Positions 1 to 13,849 of a DNA stretch of 64,000 bases are shown here, piece after piece. Made by a program: the position numbers and the translations under genes. This stretch comes from the human T2T-CHM13v2.0 reference genome, Homo sapiens, in assembly GCF_009914755.1 (NCBI RefSeq), contig NC_060935.1. One strand, 5' to 3'. Each line of letters opens with the position of its first letter. Positions within the stretch are counted from its first letter, which is position 1. A model generated the notes under the pieces. The model saw only the letters and a list, made by a program, of their open reading frames with translations. It had not been told where the DNA came from and searched no databases.

Positions 1-97
1 AGGCTGATGTAGTTGGTTTTAGATGTGCTCAATCATCAATACTTTGAGAAGCCTCCCGAGATGACTCTAATGCATAGCCTAGAATTGAAACCCACCA
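1..97. mobile_element. MER5-type (hAT-Charlie) non-autonomous DNA transposon, terminal fragment
   Basis: Degenerate match to the MER5 end (aagcctcccgagatgactctaatgcatagcctagaattgaaacccac); truncated by the window edge. Confidence 0.5.
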
Positions 98-206
98 GAT
101 TAGGTGAGCTCATTGCAGTTAAGTATACCATCAATAAAGAAACAGAACTCAACACAGTGGTTTATAAAATTGTGTCTCATAGAATTACCTAATTTAGAGA
201 TATAGC

Positions 207-327
207 TATGATAAGCAAGACATCCTAGTTTGTCCAGAATATTCCAGGTTTATTACGGAAAGTTCCATGTCCCTGGAACAATCCCTTTCCCCAAGTTCCT
301 GGCAAACCAAGACACTTGGCCAACCTA
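207..327 (-). mobile_element. MER81-like MITE (hAT-Blackjack)
   Basis: About 120 bp with imperfect inverted ends (gacatcctagtttgtccag ... ctggcaaaccaagacac); colinear with the recalled MER81 consensus. Confidence 0.55.
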
Positions 328-939
328 ACAAAAAAAAATCCATTTTTATTATAATATGCAGCATAAAAATGTATTGCATATCAATGGACATAATTATATT
401 TAATGCCAAAATGTTAACATGATGGAAACCATCAATATATTAATTTTGCATTAAGTTTGTGGTTAAGTACACATGTAAGACTTTATACTAAATGACTCCT
501 GCTATTTCTATGTTTATATTTAAACATTTTATTAAAGGTGTTTCCAATTTCCCAGATTATTGCCCTTCCATTTTCTCTATTTTTAAATTTATTCCTGAGC
601 AAGTCTGTTCACATAAAATTATATGAGTGAGCACAGTGCTCTAGCAAAAGTGTGTCATGTTCAATCAAATGCTGAGAAGGTTTAAGCACATCTGCTCAGT
701 GATTGCTCTTTTAATGGCATCGCAGTCAGTTATGCAAAAACAAGCTCAACACCCAACAAAAACCCACAGTGGTATTGTATTATCAACATTTGAGGCTACA
801 TTTTAGGATTTAGATGCTTTTGTAAATTTTTATTTTCAATAAGGAATGCAAGTAATTGTACAATGTTAGATGATAGTAATTCTACTTTAAATTATTAACA
901 ATGGCTGGAGCAGAACAGTCAATTGATAAAGATATATCA

Positions 940-1066
940 AATCAAAGAAAGAACTAAGGAAGGAAGGAAAAACAGACAAAAGATAAAAAGGACATGAAAG
1001 GGAAAAGGAAAAGAGGGAAGAAAGAAAAAAGGAAGGAAGGAGGGAAGGAAGGAAGGAAGGAAGGAA
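940..1066 (+). repeat. GA-rich low-complexity tract ending in (GGAA)n
   Basis: Directly visible; explains ORF 887..1087. Confidence 0.9.
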
Positions 1067-2789
1067 ATTTCTATAATAAGCATGCAAGCTTCTGGATGGA
1101 TTCTGTATCTATAAAAATGTATTTTTAAATTGCATTATAAAGTCTTTTGAAGGTTCATTATCAAATTTCTAATTTGTGTGAATTTGGATTTTTGATACAT
1201 CACCAAGATAAAACAGAAATAATTAGATGTCAATGATATGTAAGAAATTATTTGAACTTAGTATTTATTCTATAACTATTTTGTTTTACTTTTGTAGTTT
1301 CTTTTAATTGTTTTCCAGCTAAAGTGACATTGAACCAGACAAGGTCTAAATTGAGTTTCTATGATTACTGTTTAACTCTATTCAAACAATTCTGTGGGAA
1401 AGCCCATGGGTTATTATTTTATGGGACTGAGAACATAGTGTGACCTCTGCATACACAAGATGATTGACTGTATCTCAGTTCTTACTGGAAATTAAGTTTT
1501 ATACTTCTGGCAAATATGCCTGCTAGACTATGTTCTAGCACAGAAGAAAACTAAACATGTTGGTCATCCAAGCCAGATAATTTGTATATATTTACTGGGC
1601 TCAAGGTATATCTTAGTTGTCTACAAAATGTTGAGAAATAGATTCTGAAACTTGGCTGTTTATTCCAAAGAAGCATAGAAATTAAAAGAGAAAGAGAAGG
1701 GGAGTTTGCCAAAGGCTGTCAGTGGGTGCTGCTATGATTAAAAACTGCTTCAGCAAGTCAAGCCAAAGGCATATAATGACACTTTCCACCAGGGAAGTTC
1801 CACGAACAGCTCAGGTCATATCCATGGTCTTTGCTTATTGCTTTTTATTTTCCTGCCTAAATCCAGCTGAAGCTGTCAGGTCTCTGACACATTTGAGATC
1901 TTGTGTCTTGGTCACACTATAACTCTAGCACACAGTGATGCTTGATGAAAGTGTGTTGATTAAACCTGCCTTTTCACAAGGCCATCCTCTGTACCAAGAT
2001 GGAAGGGTGGAAAGGTTAAGATGAACAGGAAATTTGGAAAAGGTTCAGCTGTATAAGTTATTACAAATCTTCTGATAATAGATCAGGTATTAAATCCATG
2101 AGGCACTGAAAATTGAATTTCTGAGACAAGAGCTATTGTGACTAGAATAGCAAATGTCAGATCATGAGTCTATTCACATGGCAAGGATCAAAAGATGATT
2201 AGCACAGGTGACAGAGTTGTTCTATTTTGCCTGAAACATTGAGGCTCCATTTTGTTACCAGGAAGAAAGAAGGGCTACAAACACTTGCCTCCTTGGTGTC
2301 TGTGCTCTGTGTTCCAATCTCTCTTAGGCTTCAGAGTCCCTGAAATAAAAGTATTGCAAACTTCCCAATATCAGTTCTATGTTTTCCTACCTGTGTCTTT
2401 CATGACTTTTAAAATATGCATAACTGGTTTTATAGCAGCAGATGTTAATAGTTTCAAAATAGCTATAGATTATATGGGGAATAAAAAGGAAGTTAATAAT
2501 GATTTTCAGGGTTTCATTTGCATAAGTGTGTCTATACAAGGTCTACGACAAGAGGAAAGACTTTCAGCACGAAAGTTCATCACATATAATGGTCAGGATT
2601 GAAGAGTTGTGTAAAGAATGAGTGGGGGAAATTTCTGTTCTCTCAGGGTTTCTCCTTAGAACAACAAAATCAAAAAATCTATAAGAACTTCCTCTAAACG
2701 CTTGTCTATTTTATTCATTTAATTTATCCATCCATTCATTTTAAAAAAACCTTTGAGAAACCTCCACACCAGATGCTGTGTGTTTAGGG

Positions 2790-3370
2790 TAGGGGGTGTT
2801 AAATTATAGCCCATGGGCCAAATTTTGACAGTTTCCTCTTTTTGGAAATATATTTTTATAGGAGCACAGCCATACCCATTATTTATGAATGACCCAGAAA
2901 CTGACTGATCTCCAAGGTCTAAAATATTTACACTCTGGCCTGTAAGAAGCGGAATAATGGCCCCTCAAAGATAATCCATGTCCTGATGCCCCAGACCTGT
3001 CAATATGTTAGTTTATATGGTAAAAAAGACCTTTCAGATGTGATTAAGATAACAAGGGCACCCGCATCAGAGAGAGATACAAGGATGAAAGCAGAAATCA
3101 GAGAGAAAAAAAGGGGCTATGCTGTGAGCTTTGAAGATCGAGGAAGGGACCATGAATCAAGCAATGGAGGGAGGTTCTAGAGGTGAGAAAATAGATTCTC
3201 CCCTTCATCATTTAGAAGGAAAGCAGGCCTGCTCACATCTTGGTTTCAGACTTCCGAGCTCCAAAACTGTAAGGCAGTAAATTGGTATTGCTTGAAGCCA
3301 CTACATTTGTGAGTTACAACAGAAATAGGAAACTGATACACAGCACTGCTGAAAAAGTTTGTGATCCCTG
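2790..3370 (+). mobile_element. MER58A-type hAT MITE split by an MLT1D LTR
   Basis: 5' part 2790-2940 ends aaaatatttacactctggcc and resumes after the LTR with gaaaaagtttgtgatccctg; degenerate 8-bp TSD gtttaggg/gtctagga. Confidence 0.7.
2941..3340 (+). mobile_element. MLT1D-like MaLR solo LTR (internally deleted)
   Basis: TG...CA termini; gaataatggcccc...atccatgtcct start and ataggaaactgataca end. Confidence 0.8.
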
Positions 3371-4979
3371 GTCTAGGATTTAGTGTAACCAGAATAATAA
3401 CGTATTGTAATAAATAACTATCTTCAGCTAGGGCAGGGAACTTAAATACGGATAAAATCAATAAGGCTGCTTTTCAGTGTGGTTTTGAGCAAATGATTTT
3501 CACAAGCGAATCTTTGTTAAAGCACTTAAGACATGCTAGCCAAACTAGAAAAGTAAAAGAAATTTATCCTGCTGAAAACATATATACAAATATGTAGAAT
3601 ATTATTCACATCTTCAGCAGATAGAAAGATTTACTTATGCTCTCATCTATCCCAAAAAAGAACAACTCACTCAGCTGAATTTTTAAAAGTTGCCATAAAC
3701 TTTAGGGCAGATTACCTTTTCTCAAATTAATTAAATTATCTTTTGTAAGATGGAAGCTGGGAATAGTCTCACAATTCTACAAGCATATTATTTGAGATAA
3801 ACAGGACAGGAAGCAGGAAGAATGCCTTATTTGCCAAATTGAATAGCAAATTAAACATATTAAAACTGACTTATTAATTCAAACTCTGTGGACTTATTTG
3901 AAGATACAGAAGTGGTTATGCTTTTAGATGTTTGATAAGGAGTAAGTGCCTATAGACAGTTTTACAAAAGTAAAAACTTGATATTGGAGTTGTCTGGAGT
4001 GATCAGATTGCAGTCTTTGGACTTAAAGGAAGGTTAACTTTTCAAGTGCACACTATTATTTTTATTACAACCACTTTAATTGTTATAAAAATTATGAAAT
4101 TTCCTGCTATGTTAACATAACACCACTCATAGAGTACCTAAATAATTTTTAATACAATGCAATGCTATTACAGCGAACATTAGTTATATCTTTCCATTTT
4201 ACACTATTTGGCAAGTGCTGTGAAGTTCCAGACTGAGTATGTACTGAGCTTTGGCTACACATATGAACTTAATTCCTCAAATAAGTCTCATCAATGGTAT
4301 ATAAATCAACATGGGATAAATTGTTTTAAACATCAATGTGACTATTCTATTGATTCACAAATAAATTAAACAACTTCCCAAAGTCACACATTAAGTAGAG
4401 GAGATGAGCTTTGAATTTCAACAACAATGCTTCCCCTGACTGCCTTACAATATAGCTCAAAGAATCATAGAAGATGACATAAGATGCTTTGTAGCCTGTA
4501 AAGAATTATTTTTCTGTGGGTCTATTATTAATATACAAACAGTAATTCCTCCTTTAGCATTGAACTTTAGTTTAAAATAATATAGCTCTCCTACCAAAAG
4601 GCACCCAGGCAGGAATCAATCAAATCAAATACTATATCTCAGAATCATCTTTTGTTTATTCAGTAAATATTGGGATAGAGATGGGGCATCTTTCAAATAG
4701 AACCACACACTCAAATAACGATTTAAGTGTTTGACCTTATTTAGACATATGCAGGTTCTTTGCCTTTGAGTAATTTGCTGGCAATGTCTTCTTAGTTTTA
4801 CTACTGCAAAATGCAGAAATGCCAATATTTGGGCAATCTTTAAAAATCTATGAATGAGAAACATTTGGTTTAAACCTGAGCTCCACATCTCGGTAGGTGG
4901 TCTTGGATCATTATTTGACCTCTCTATGCCTTGTTTTTTTTTCCCACCTGCCAATAAGAGCTCTTACAAATACCTGCTG

Positions 4980-5140
4980 CTATTTCTCAATGTGCCGCAG
5001 TTTCTTCATCTATCAAACCAGCATAACAATAGTATGAACCTCATAGAAAGGTTGTGAGGATCCATAGAGATTATACAGGTGAAACCCTTGCAACAGAGCC
5101 TGATGCATGGCCAAGACACCTTATGTGTTAGATATTATTT
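4980..5140 (+). mobile_element. MIR SINE fragment
   Basis: MIR core cagtttcttcatctat...ctcatag...gttgtgaggat. Confidence 0.7.
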
Positions 5141-5272
5141 TTATCATTGATTTATATCAGACATCACGCTGAAAAGCTGCAAGTGGCAGAAAAAAACCCA
5201 AGTCAAACAAAACAAATAAAGCAAAAAGAAAGAAAATAAAAACAGACATTGAATTTGCTTTAAGGGTAGTTT

Positions 5273-6999
<1,727 letters not shown>

Positions 7000-8049
7000 T
7001 AAGGGCAGTTTATGAATGTAGAATCTAATAGAAGTATTTGCGAGTAGAGATGATCAAGAGTAGACGTAATTTCATTAGCATGTTACAGGCTCATCCTCAA
7101 CAAAATCAATACAGTGCAACATGTCATGAAAGAATAGGTACACTTTACCTATTTTTACATTTGCATCTTTACATTTTTAAAAAATAAGTAGAAAGTCATT
7201 TAAGATGCAGACTGGCATTGAAGAAAGTGAGTTTAGTGGAAGAGAAGCCCAAGTTGGCCCACTGAGGTTCTGTTCTTGCTGGGGAATGAAGAGGAAAAAG
7301 ATGGAGTTTTTACATATGGGGCTAAGTGAGCTGACCAAGGCACCTATCTTTTATATGACAGGAGAAGGCTTCAGATATCTGTGCCTCAAGCAGCACTAAG
7401 CTCCTCACAAATTGCACTTAATATCACAATGTTTGCTTTTAGGATTGTCACAGTTCCTTTCTACTTTTTCCCTTCTCTAAAGCCCCTATCTTAGCATAGG
7501 TATGTACACCACCTTCATCTGTGCACACTTGATGGAAGATACTGGACCATCTGCCTGGGGTAGCCTCATGCCTCTGTCCTCATTAACAAGTTCTTCTTTT
7601 CCTTTCCTTGATTTTTCTCTTCATTGATGTTGTCCCTTAGAAACCTCAGCTTCTTTTTTCCTACCACAATACCCTGCCATGATTGTCCTTTCTTTTCTTT
7701 CTTTTTCTCCAGACTGCAATTACACATGGCCTTGCCTTCACTGACTAGAGCATCTCCTAGATACCACTTTTATTGCTGATGAATGTGAGTCATACCTTGT
7801 CATGCTTTTCAAAATGTTCACAATTTAGTTCTAGTAAAAGAAAAACATGTTCTTGTCTCAAGAGCCACATGAGGTTGCACAGAAGTCTCTGACAAATTCA
7901 GTAGAGATATCACCTACGATAGGGGCAATCTGGGAGAGCTTCCTGAAAGAGGTGACATTCAGACATGAAAATAAAGACATTTATCATTCACTTTATCACC
8001 AAATTTAGTTAGCTAATCTGAGTTTGAGCTTAAAAGTTGGAATTATTTT

Positions 8050-8165
8050 TAAAAAGAGAAAAGGAAAGAAGGAAGGAAGGAAGGGATGGAGGGAGGAAGG
8101 GAGAAAAGAAGGAAGGAAGAAAGAAGGAAAAAGGAAAGAAAGTCAGGGAAAGAGAAGACAGAGCA
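8050..8165 (+). repeat. GA-rich/(GGAA)n low-complexity tract
   Basis: Directly visible; explains ORF 8049..8291. Confidence 0.9.
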
Positions 8166-8307
8166 AAAGGGACAGCAAGTGGTAAAACAAAGAACTAGGA
8201 GCATGAATAAATAGTAGGCTTGAAAATAGGGGATAGGATTCTGAAAGCATAAACACTTCCCCAAAGCCATAAGCATACTTGTATCTTTCATTTTTGTTTA
8301 CTATGTC

Positions 8308-10755
8308 CAGGCACAATTCATTTTATTGTGCTTCACTTTATTGTGCTTTGCAGTTAATGTGTTTTCTTCAAACTGAATGCTTTTTGCAACCCTGTATCAA
8401 ACAAATCTATCAGTACCATTTTTCCAAGATTATGTGCTCACTTCCTGTCTCAATGTCATGTTTTTGTAATTATCACAATATTTCAAATGTTTTCATTCTT
8501 ATTATATCTCTTATAGTGATCTATGGTCAGTGATTTCTGATGTTACTATTTTAATTGTTTTGTAGCACCACAAATCATGCCCATATAAGACAGAAAACTT
8601 AATGAAAAAGTTTTGTGTTCTGACTACTCAACTCCATTAACCAGCTGTTATGCCATCTTTCTCTGTCTTCTATTAATTTCAATATTGAAATAAGATTTCA
8701 ATAATTATTCAATATTTTTGATATTAAAATATTTTAATAATATATGATAATTTAAATATTGAAATAAGTATTGCCTAATTTCAACAATATTAAAATGAGA
8801 CCAATTAATAAGCTACCAATCGCTTACTAGTGTTCCAGTGTAAGAAAAAAACACATATCTCACTTTAAATCCAAAGGTAGAAAGATTAAGCTTAGTAAGA
8901 AAGGGATGTTGAAAGGTCAAAAGCTAGGCCTCTTGTGCAAAACAGTTAGTCAAGTGGTGAACTCAAAGGAAAAGTTTTGAAGGAAATTAAAAGTGCCACT
9001 TCAGTAAACATACCATAAGAAAGTGACATAGGCTTATTGCTGATATTGAGAAAGTTTTCATGGTCTAGATGGAAGATTAAACCCAGCCACAATATTTTCT
9101 TAAGCCAAAGCTTAGCCCAGAGGAAGGCCCTAATTTCTTCAATTCTATAAAGACTAAGAGAGTTGAAGAAGCTGCAGAAGAAAAATAGGAAGCTAGCAGA
9201 GGTTGGTTCACCAGGCTGAGTGAAAGAAGCTATTTCTGTATCACAAAAGCATAAAATGAAGCAGCAAGCACTAATGTAGAAGCTGTGGCAAGTTATCCAG
9301 AAGATCTGGCTAAGATAATTGATGAAGGTGGATATGCTATAAAACAAAGTTTAAATGTAGAAAAAAATGACTATGTTGGAATGATATGATGTTTAGGAGT
9401 TTCATAGCTAATTTGGAGAATTCAATGCCTGGCTTTAAAACTTCAAAGAGCAGTCTGACTCTCCTATTAGGGGCCAATAAAACTGGTGGCTTTATGATGA
9501 AGCTAATGCTCATTTACAACTCTGAAAATTTTAGAACCCTTACAAATTATGTTAAAACTACTCTGCTTGTGTTTTATAAATGGAACAACAAAGCTTGGAT
9601 GAGAGTACATCTGTTTACAGCATGGTTTATGGAATATTTTAAGCCCACTTTTGAGACCTACTGTTTAGAAAAAAAATGAATCCCTTCAAAATATTACTTT
9701 TCATTGACAGTGCACCTATTCACCCAAAATCTCTGATGGAGATGTACAAGGAGATTACTGTTATTTTTTGTGTCTCCTAACACAACATTCATTCTGTAGC
9801 TTATGGAACAAGGAGTTGTTTTGACTGCCAAGACGTTTTATTTAAGAAACACATTGTATAGGAATATAGCTGCCACAGGTAGTGATTTCTTTAATGGATC
9901 TTGGGAGAGCACACTGAAAATCTTCGGGAAAGTACTCAGCATTCCAGATGCCATTAAGAACATTCATGATTCATGAAAAGAGGTCAAAATATCAACATTA
10001 ACAGGAGTTTGGAAGAAGTTCATTTCAACCATCATGGATGACTTTGACGGCTTCAAGATTTCAGTGAAGGAAATAAATGCAGATATGATGAAAACAGCAA
10101 GAGAACTAGAATTAGAAGTGGTGTCTAAAGCTGTAATCAAATTTTTGCACTCTTGTGATAAAATTTGAATGGTTAGGGAGTTGTTTCTTATGGATAAATA
10201 AATAAAGTGGTTTCTTGAGATGAAATGTACTCCTGGTGAAGATGCTGTGAATATTTTTGAAATGATAACAAATAATTTATAATATTACATAAAATTTAGT
10301 TGATAAAGCATCAGAAGGGTTTGAAAGTTTTACTGTGGGTAAAATGCTATCAAACAGCATCTTACACTACAAAAAAAAAAAAAAACTATTTCATGAAAGG
10401 TAGTGTCAGTTGGTGGGGGAAACTTCATTACTGTCTTCTTTTAAAAAATTACCTTAGCCACCCCAACCTTCAGCACTCACCACCCTGATCAGTCAGCAAC
10501 TATCAATATCAATGCAAGAGTTCCAACCAGCAAAAACATTAGGACTCACTGAAGACTCAGATGATTATTAGCACTTTATGGAAAAAGTATACTAAGGTAT
10601 ATACACTATTTATTAGACAATGCACATTTAATAGACTATAGAATATTGTAACATAACTTTTATATAAACACAGAAATTAAAAATTTTGTGACTCCCATTA
10701 TTGCAATATTTGCTTTATTTGCAGTGACCTGGAATTGAACCCTGAATATCTTTGT
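8308..10755 (+). mobile_element. Near full-length Tigger1 (TcMar/pogo) DNA transposon
   Basis: Starts caggcac...ttttattgtgcttcactttattg and ends ttgcaatatttgctttatt...ctggaattgaaccctgaatatc; about 2.45 kb; right TIR eroded. Confidence 0.93.
8820..10290 (+). pseudogene. Decayed Tigger1 transposase ORF (CENP-B-type HTH + DDE); boundaries approximate
   Basis: ORF 9386..9679 (MPGFKTSKSSLTLLLGANKTG...NKAWM...LFTAWF.EYFKP) matches the pogo/Tigger DDE region; stops and frameshifts elsewhere. Confidence 0.8.
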
Positions 10756-13045
10756 AGCTAATATACTATTCAGTTGAACAGACATTATCCCCTTCAGTTT
10801 GCCAAAGTTGTGTTATCCTGTGAGATGGGCGGTGGGTCATTGCTTTGATCAATAGAACAAGGCAGAAGTGAGTGTCTGCCTGTTCAAGCCTGGGCTTTAA
10901 GTGTGTTCCTGGCTCTCTGGTATCATAAGAACATGCCAATGCTAATGTGTTGGAGAATCAGAGCTATGAGAAGCAGAGACCTGAGTTTTGTAATTTCCCC
11001 AGCTGACCCCTGCTGACTCTAGACGTGTGAATGAGGTCAGTCAAAATCAGCAGAGCCTTCTAGCGAACCTCAAACCAAGAGATGGTAATTGAAAAGGTTT
11101 GGATCTGCATTCCCACCCAAGTCTCATGTTGAATTGTAATCCTCAATGTTGGAGGAGGGGCCTGGTGAAAACTGATTGGTTCATGGGGGCAGTTTCTCAT
11201 GGTTTTGCACAATCCTTGGTGCTGTCATTGTGATAGTGATTTCTCTGGAGTTCTGGTTGTTTAAAAGTGTGTGGTTCCTGCTCTGGCCATGTAAGACATC
11301 CCTACTTCCCCTTCACCTTTCACCATGATTGTAAGATTCCTGAGGTCTCCAGAAGCCACTATGCTTCCCATATAGCCTGAAGAACCATGAGCCAATCAAA
11401 CCTCCTTTCCTTATAAAGTACCCAGTCTCATGTATTTCTTCATAGTAATGTGAGAATGGACTAAAACAGAAAATTGGTACTGAGCAAAGGGACATTGCTA
11501 TAAAGATATCTGAATATGTGGGAACAACTTTGGGACTGGGCAATGGGCTAAGGTTGGAAGAGTTTGGAGGGCTCAGAGGAAGACAGGAAGATGAGAGAAA
11601 ACTTGAAACTACCTAGAGCCTTGTTAAACTGCTGTGACCAAAATGCTGATAGTGATATGGACAGTGAAGTCTAGGCTGAGGTGGACCCAGATGGAAATGA
11701 GGAATATATTAGGAACTGGAGTAAAGGTCACTTTTGCTATGCTTTAGCAAAGGGTTTAGCTGTTCTGTGCCCCTCTTCTAGAGATCTATGGAAATTTGAA
11801 CTTGAAAGTGATGATTCAGGGTATCCGGTGGAAGAAATTTCTAACCAGTGAAGCACTTAAGAATTGACCTGGCTGCTTCTAACAACCTATACTCACATGT
11901 GTGAGCAAAGAAATGACCTGAAACTGGGACTTGTATTTAAAGGGGAAGTAGAGTGTCAAAGTTTGGAAAATTTGCAGCCTGGCCATGCAGTAGAAAAGAA
12001 AAACTCAGTTTCTGGAGAAGAATTCAAGATGGCTTCAGAAATTCACATAAGTAAAGAGGAGCCAAATGCTGATAGCCAGGGCAATGGAGGAAAGGTCTCA
12101 AAGGCATTTCAGAGAACTTCGCAGCCCCTTCAATCAAAAGCCCAGAAGCTTAGAAGGGAAGAATGTTATGGTGGTCCAGGCCCAGGGCCTCTCTGCCCTG
12201 CACATCCTCAGGACCCTGGTCCCTGCATTCTAGCCACTCCAGCTCCAGCCATGGGTCAAAGGAGCCCAGATACAGTTTGAGCTACTGCTTCAGAAGAGCA
12301 AGCTGTAAGTCTGTTTGGCTTCCACGTGGTGTTAGGCCTGGGGGAGGAGGGAACAGAATGCAAGAGTTAAGACTTGGGAGCCCCCATCTAGATTTCAGAG
12401 AGCATACGGAAAAGCATGGATGTCCATGCAGAAGCCTGCTTTGGGGGTGGAGTCCTCACAGAGAACCTCTACTAGAGTAGCACAGATGGAAAATATGGGT
12501 TTGGAGCTCTGACACAGAGTTCCCACTGGGGTACTGCCTAGTGCATCTGTGAGAATACGGCCGTCACCCTCTAGACCCCAGAATGGTAGATCCACTGACA
12601 GCTTGCACCTTGCACCTGGTAAAGCCCCAGGCACTGAGCACCAGCCCTTGAGAGCAGCCATGAAGTTTAAACCCTGGAAAGCTACAGAGGCAGGGCTACC
12701 CAAAGCCATAGGAGCCCACCTCTTACACCAGTATGTCCTGGATGTCAGACAGAAAGTCAAGGAGATTATTTTGAAGCTTTCAGATTTAATGACTCTCCTG
12801 CTGGTTTTCAGACTTGCGTGGGGCCTGTAGCTCCTTTGTTTTGGTTGATTTCTCATTTTTGGAATGGGAGTATTTACCCAATGCCTGTACCTCCATTGTA
12901 TCTTTGGAGTAACTAACTTGTTTTTTATTTTACAGACTCATAGGTGAATGGGACTAGCCTTTTCTTAAATGAGACTTTGGACTATGGAATTTTGAGTTAC
13001 TTCTGGAATGAGTTAAAACTCTGGGGGACTGTTGGGAAGCCATAA

Positions 13046-13346
13046 TTTTTTTTTTTTTTTTTTTGAAATGGAGTCTTGCTCTGTCACCCAGGCTGGAGTG
13101 CAGTGGTGCAATCTTGGCTCACTGCAACTTCCACATCTTGGGTTCATGCAATTCTCATACCTCAGTCCCTTCAGTAGCTGGGATTACAAGCATGTGCCAG
13201 CATGTCTGGCTAATTTTTGTATTTTTAGTAGAGATAGCGTTTCACCATGTTGGCCAGGCTGGTCTTGAACTCCTGTTCTTAAGTGATCTTCCCACCTCGG
13301 CTTCCCAAAGTGCTGGGATTACAGGCATGAACCAAGACACCAAGCC
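13046..13346 (-). mobile_element. Alu (AluS/J-age) inside MST-int
   Basis: Poly(T) plus full dimer, heavily CpG-decayed. Confidence 0.95.
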
Positions 13347-13410
13347 TATGTTTTAGAATGTGAGAAGGACATGAGATTTGGTAGGGGCCAGGGCAAAATG
13401 ATATGGCTAG

Positions 13411-13761
13411 TGTATTAGTTTGTTCTCATACTACTATAAAGAACTGTCCCAGACAGGGTAGTTTATAAAGGAAATAGGTTTAATTGACTCCCAGTTCAGC
13501 ATGGCTTGGGAGGGCTGAAGAAACTTACAATTACGGCAGAAGGCACCTCTTCACAAGGCGGTGGTAGAGAGAATGAGAGCGAAGTTGGGAAAAGCCCCTT
13601 ATGAAGCCATCAGATCTCATGAAAACTCACTCGCTATCATGAGAACAACATGGGGGGACTGCCCTCATGATATAATCACTTCCCACAGGTCTTTTTCCTA
13701 ACATGTGGGGATTACAATTCCAGATGAGGTTTGGGTGGGGACACAGAGCCAGACCATATCA
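13411..13761 (-). mobile_element. THE1 (C/D-like) solo LTR inserted antisense into the first 12 bp of the MSTA 3'LTR
   Basis: tgtattagt...gagccagaccatatca is the reverse complement of a THE1 LTR; the MSTA LTR resumes immediately after; degenerate 5-bp TSD gctag/gttac. Confidence 0.9.
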
Positions 13762-13838
13762 GTTACTATCTGTGTCCCCACCCAAATCTCATGTCAAATT
13801 GTAATCTTTCAGTGTTGGAGGAGGTGCCTGGTGGGAGG

Positions 13839-13849
13839 TAATTGAATCA
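13839..13849 (+). promoter_or_regulatory. Perfect DUX4 motif TAATTGAATCA in the MSTA 3'LTR
   Basis: Fits TAAYBBAATCA; MaLR LTRs are established DUX4 targets; binding here is not shown. Confidence 0.5.

Noticed and set aside
11864-12856. Cluster of 93-153-aa ORFs suggesting a gene
   Set aside because: Lies wholly within MST-int; frameshifted MaLR internal ORF remnants and their antisense.
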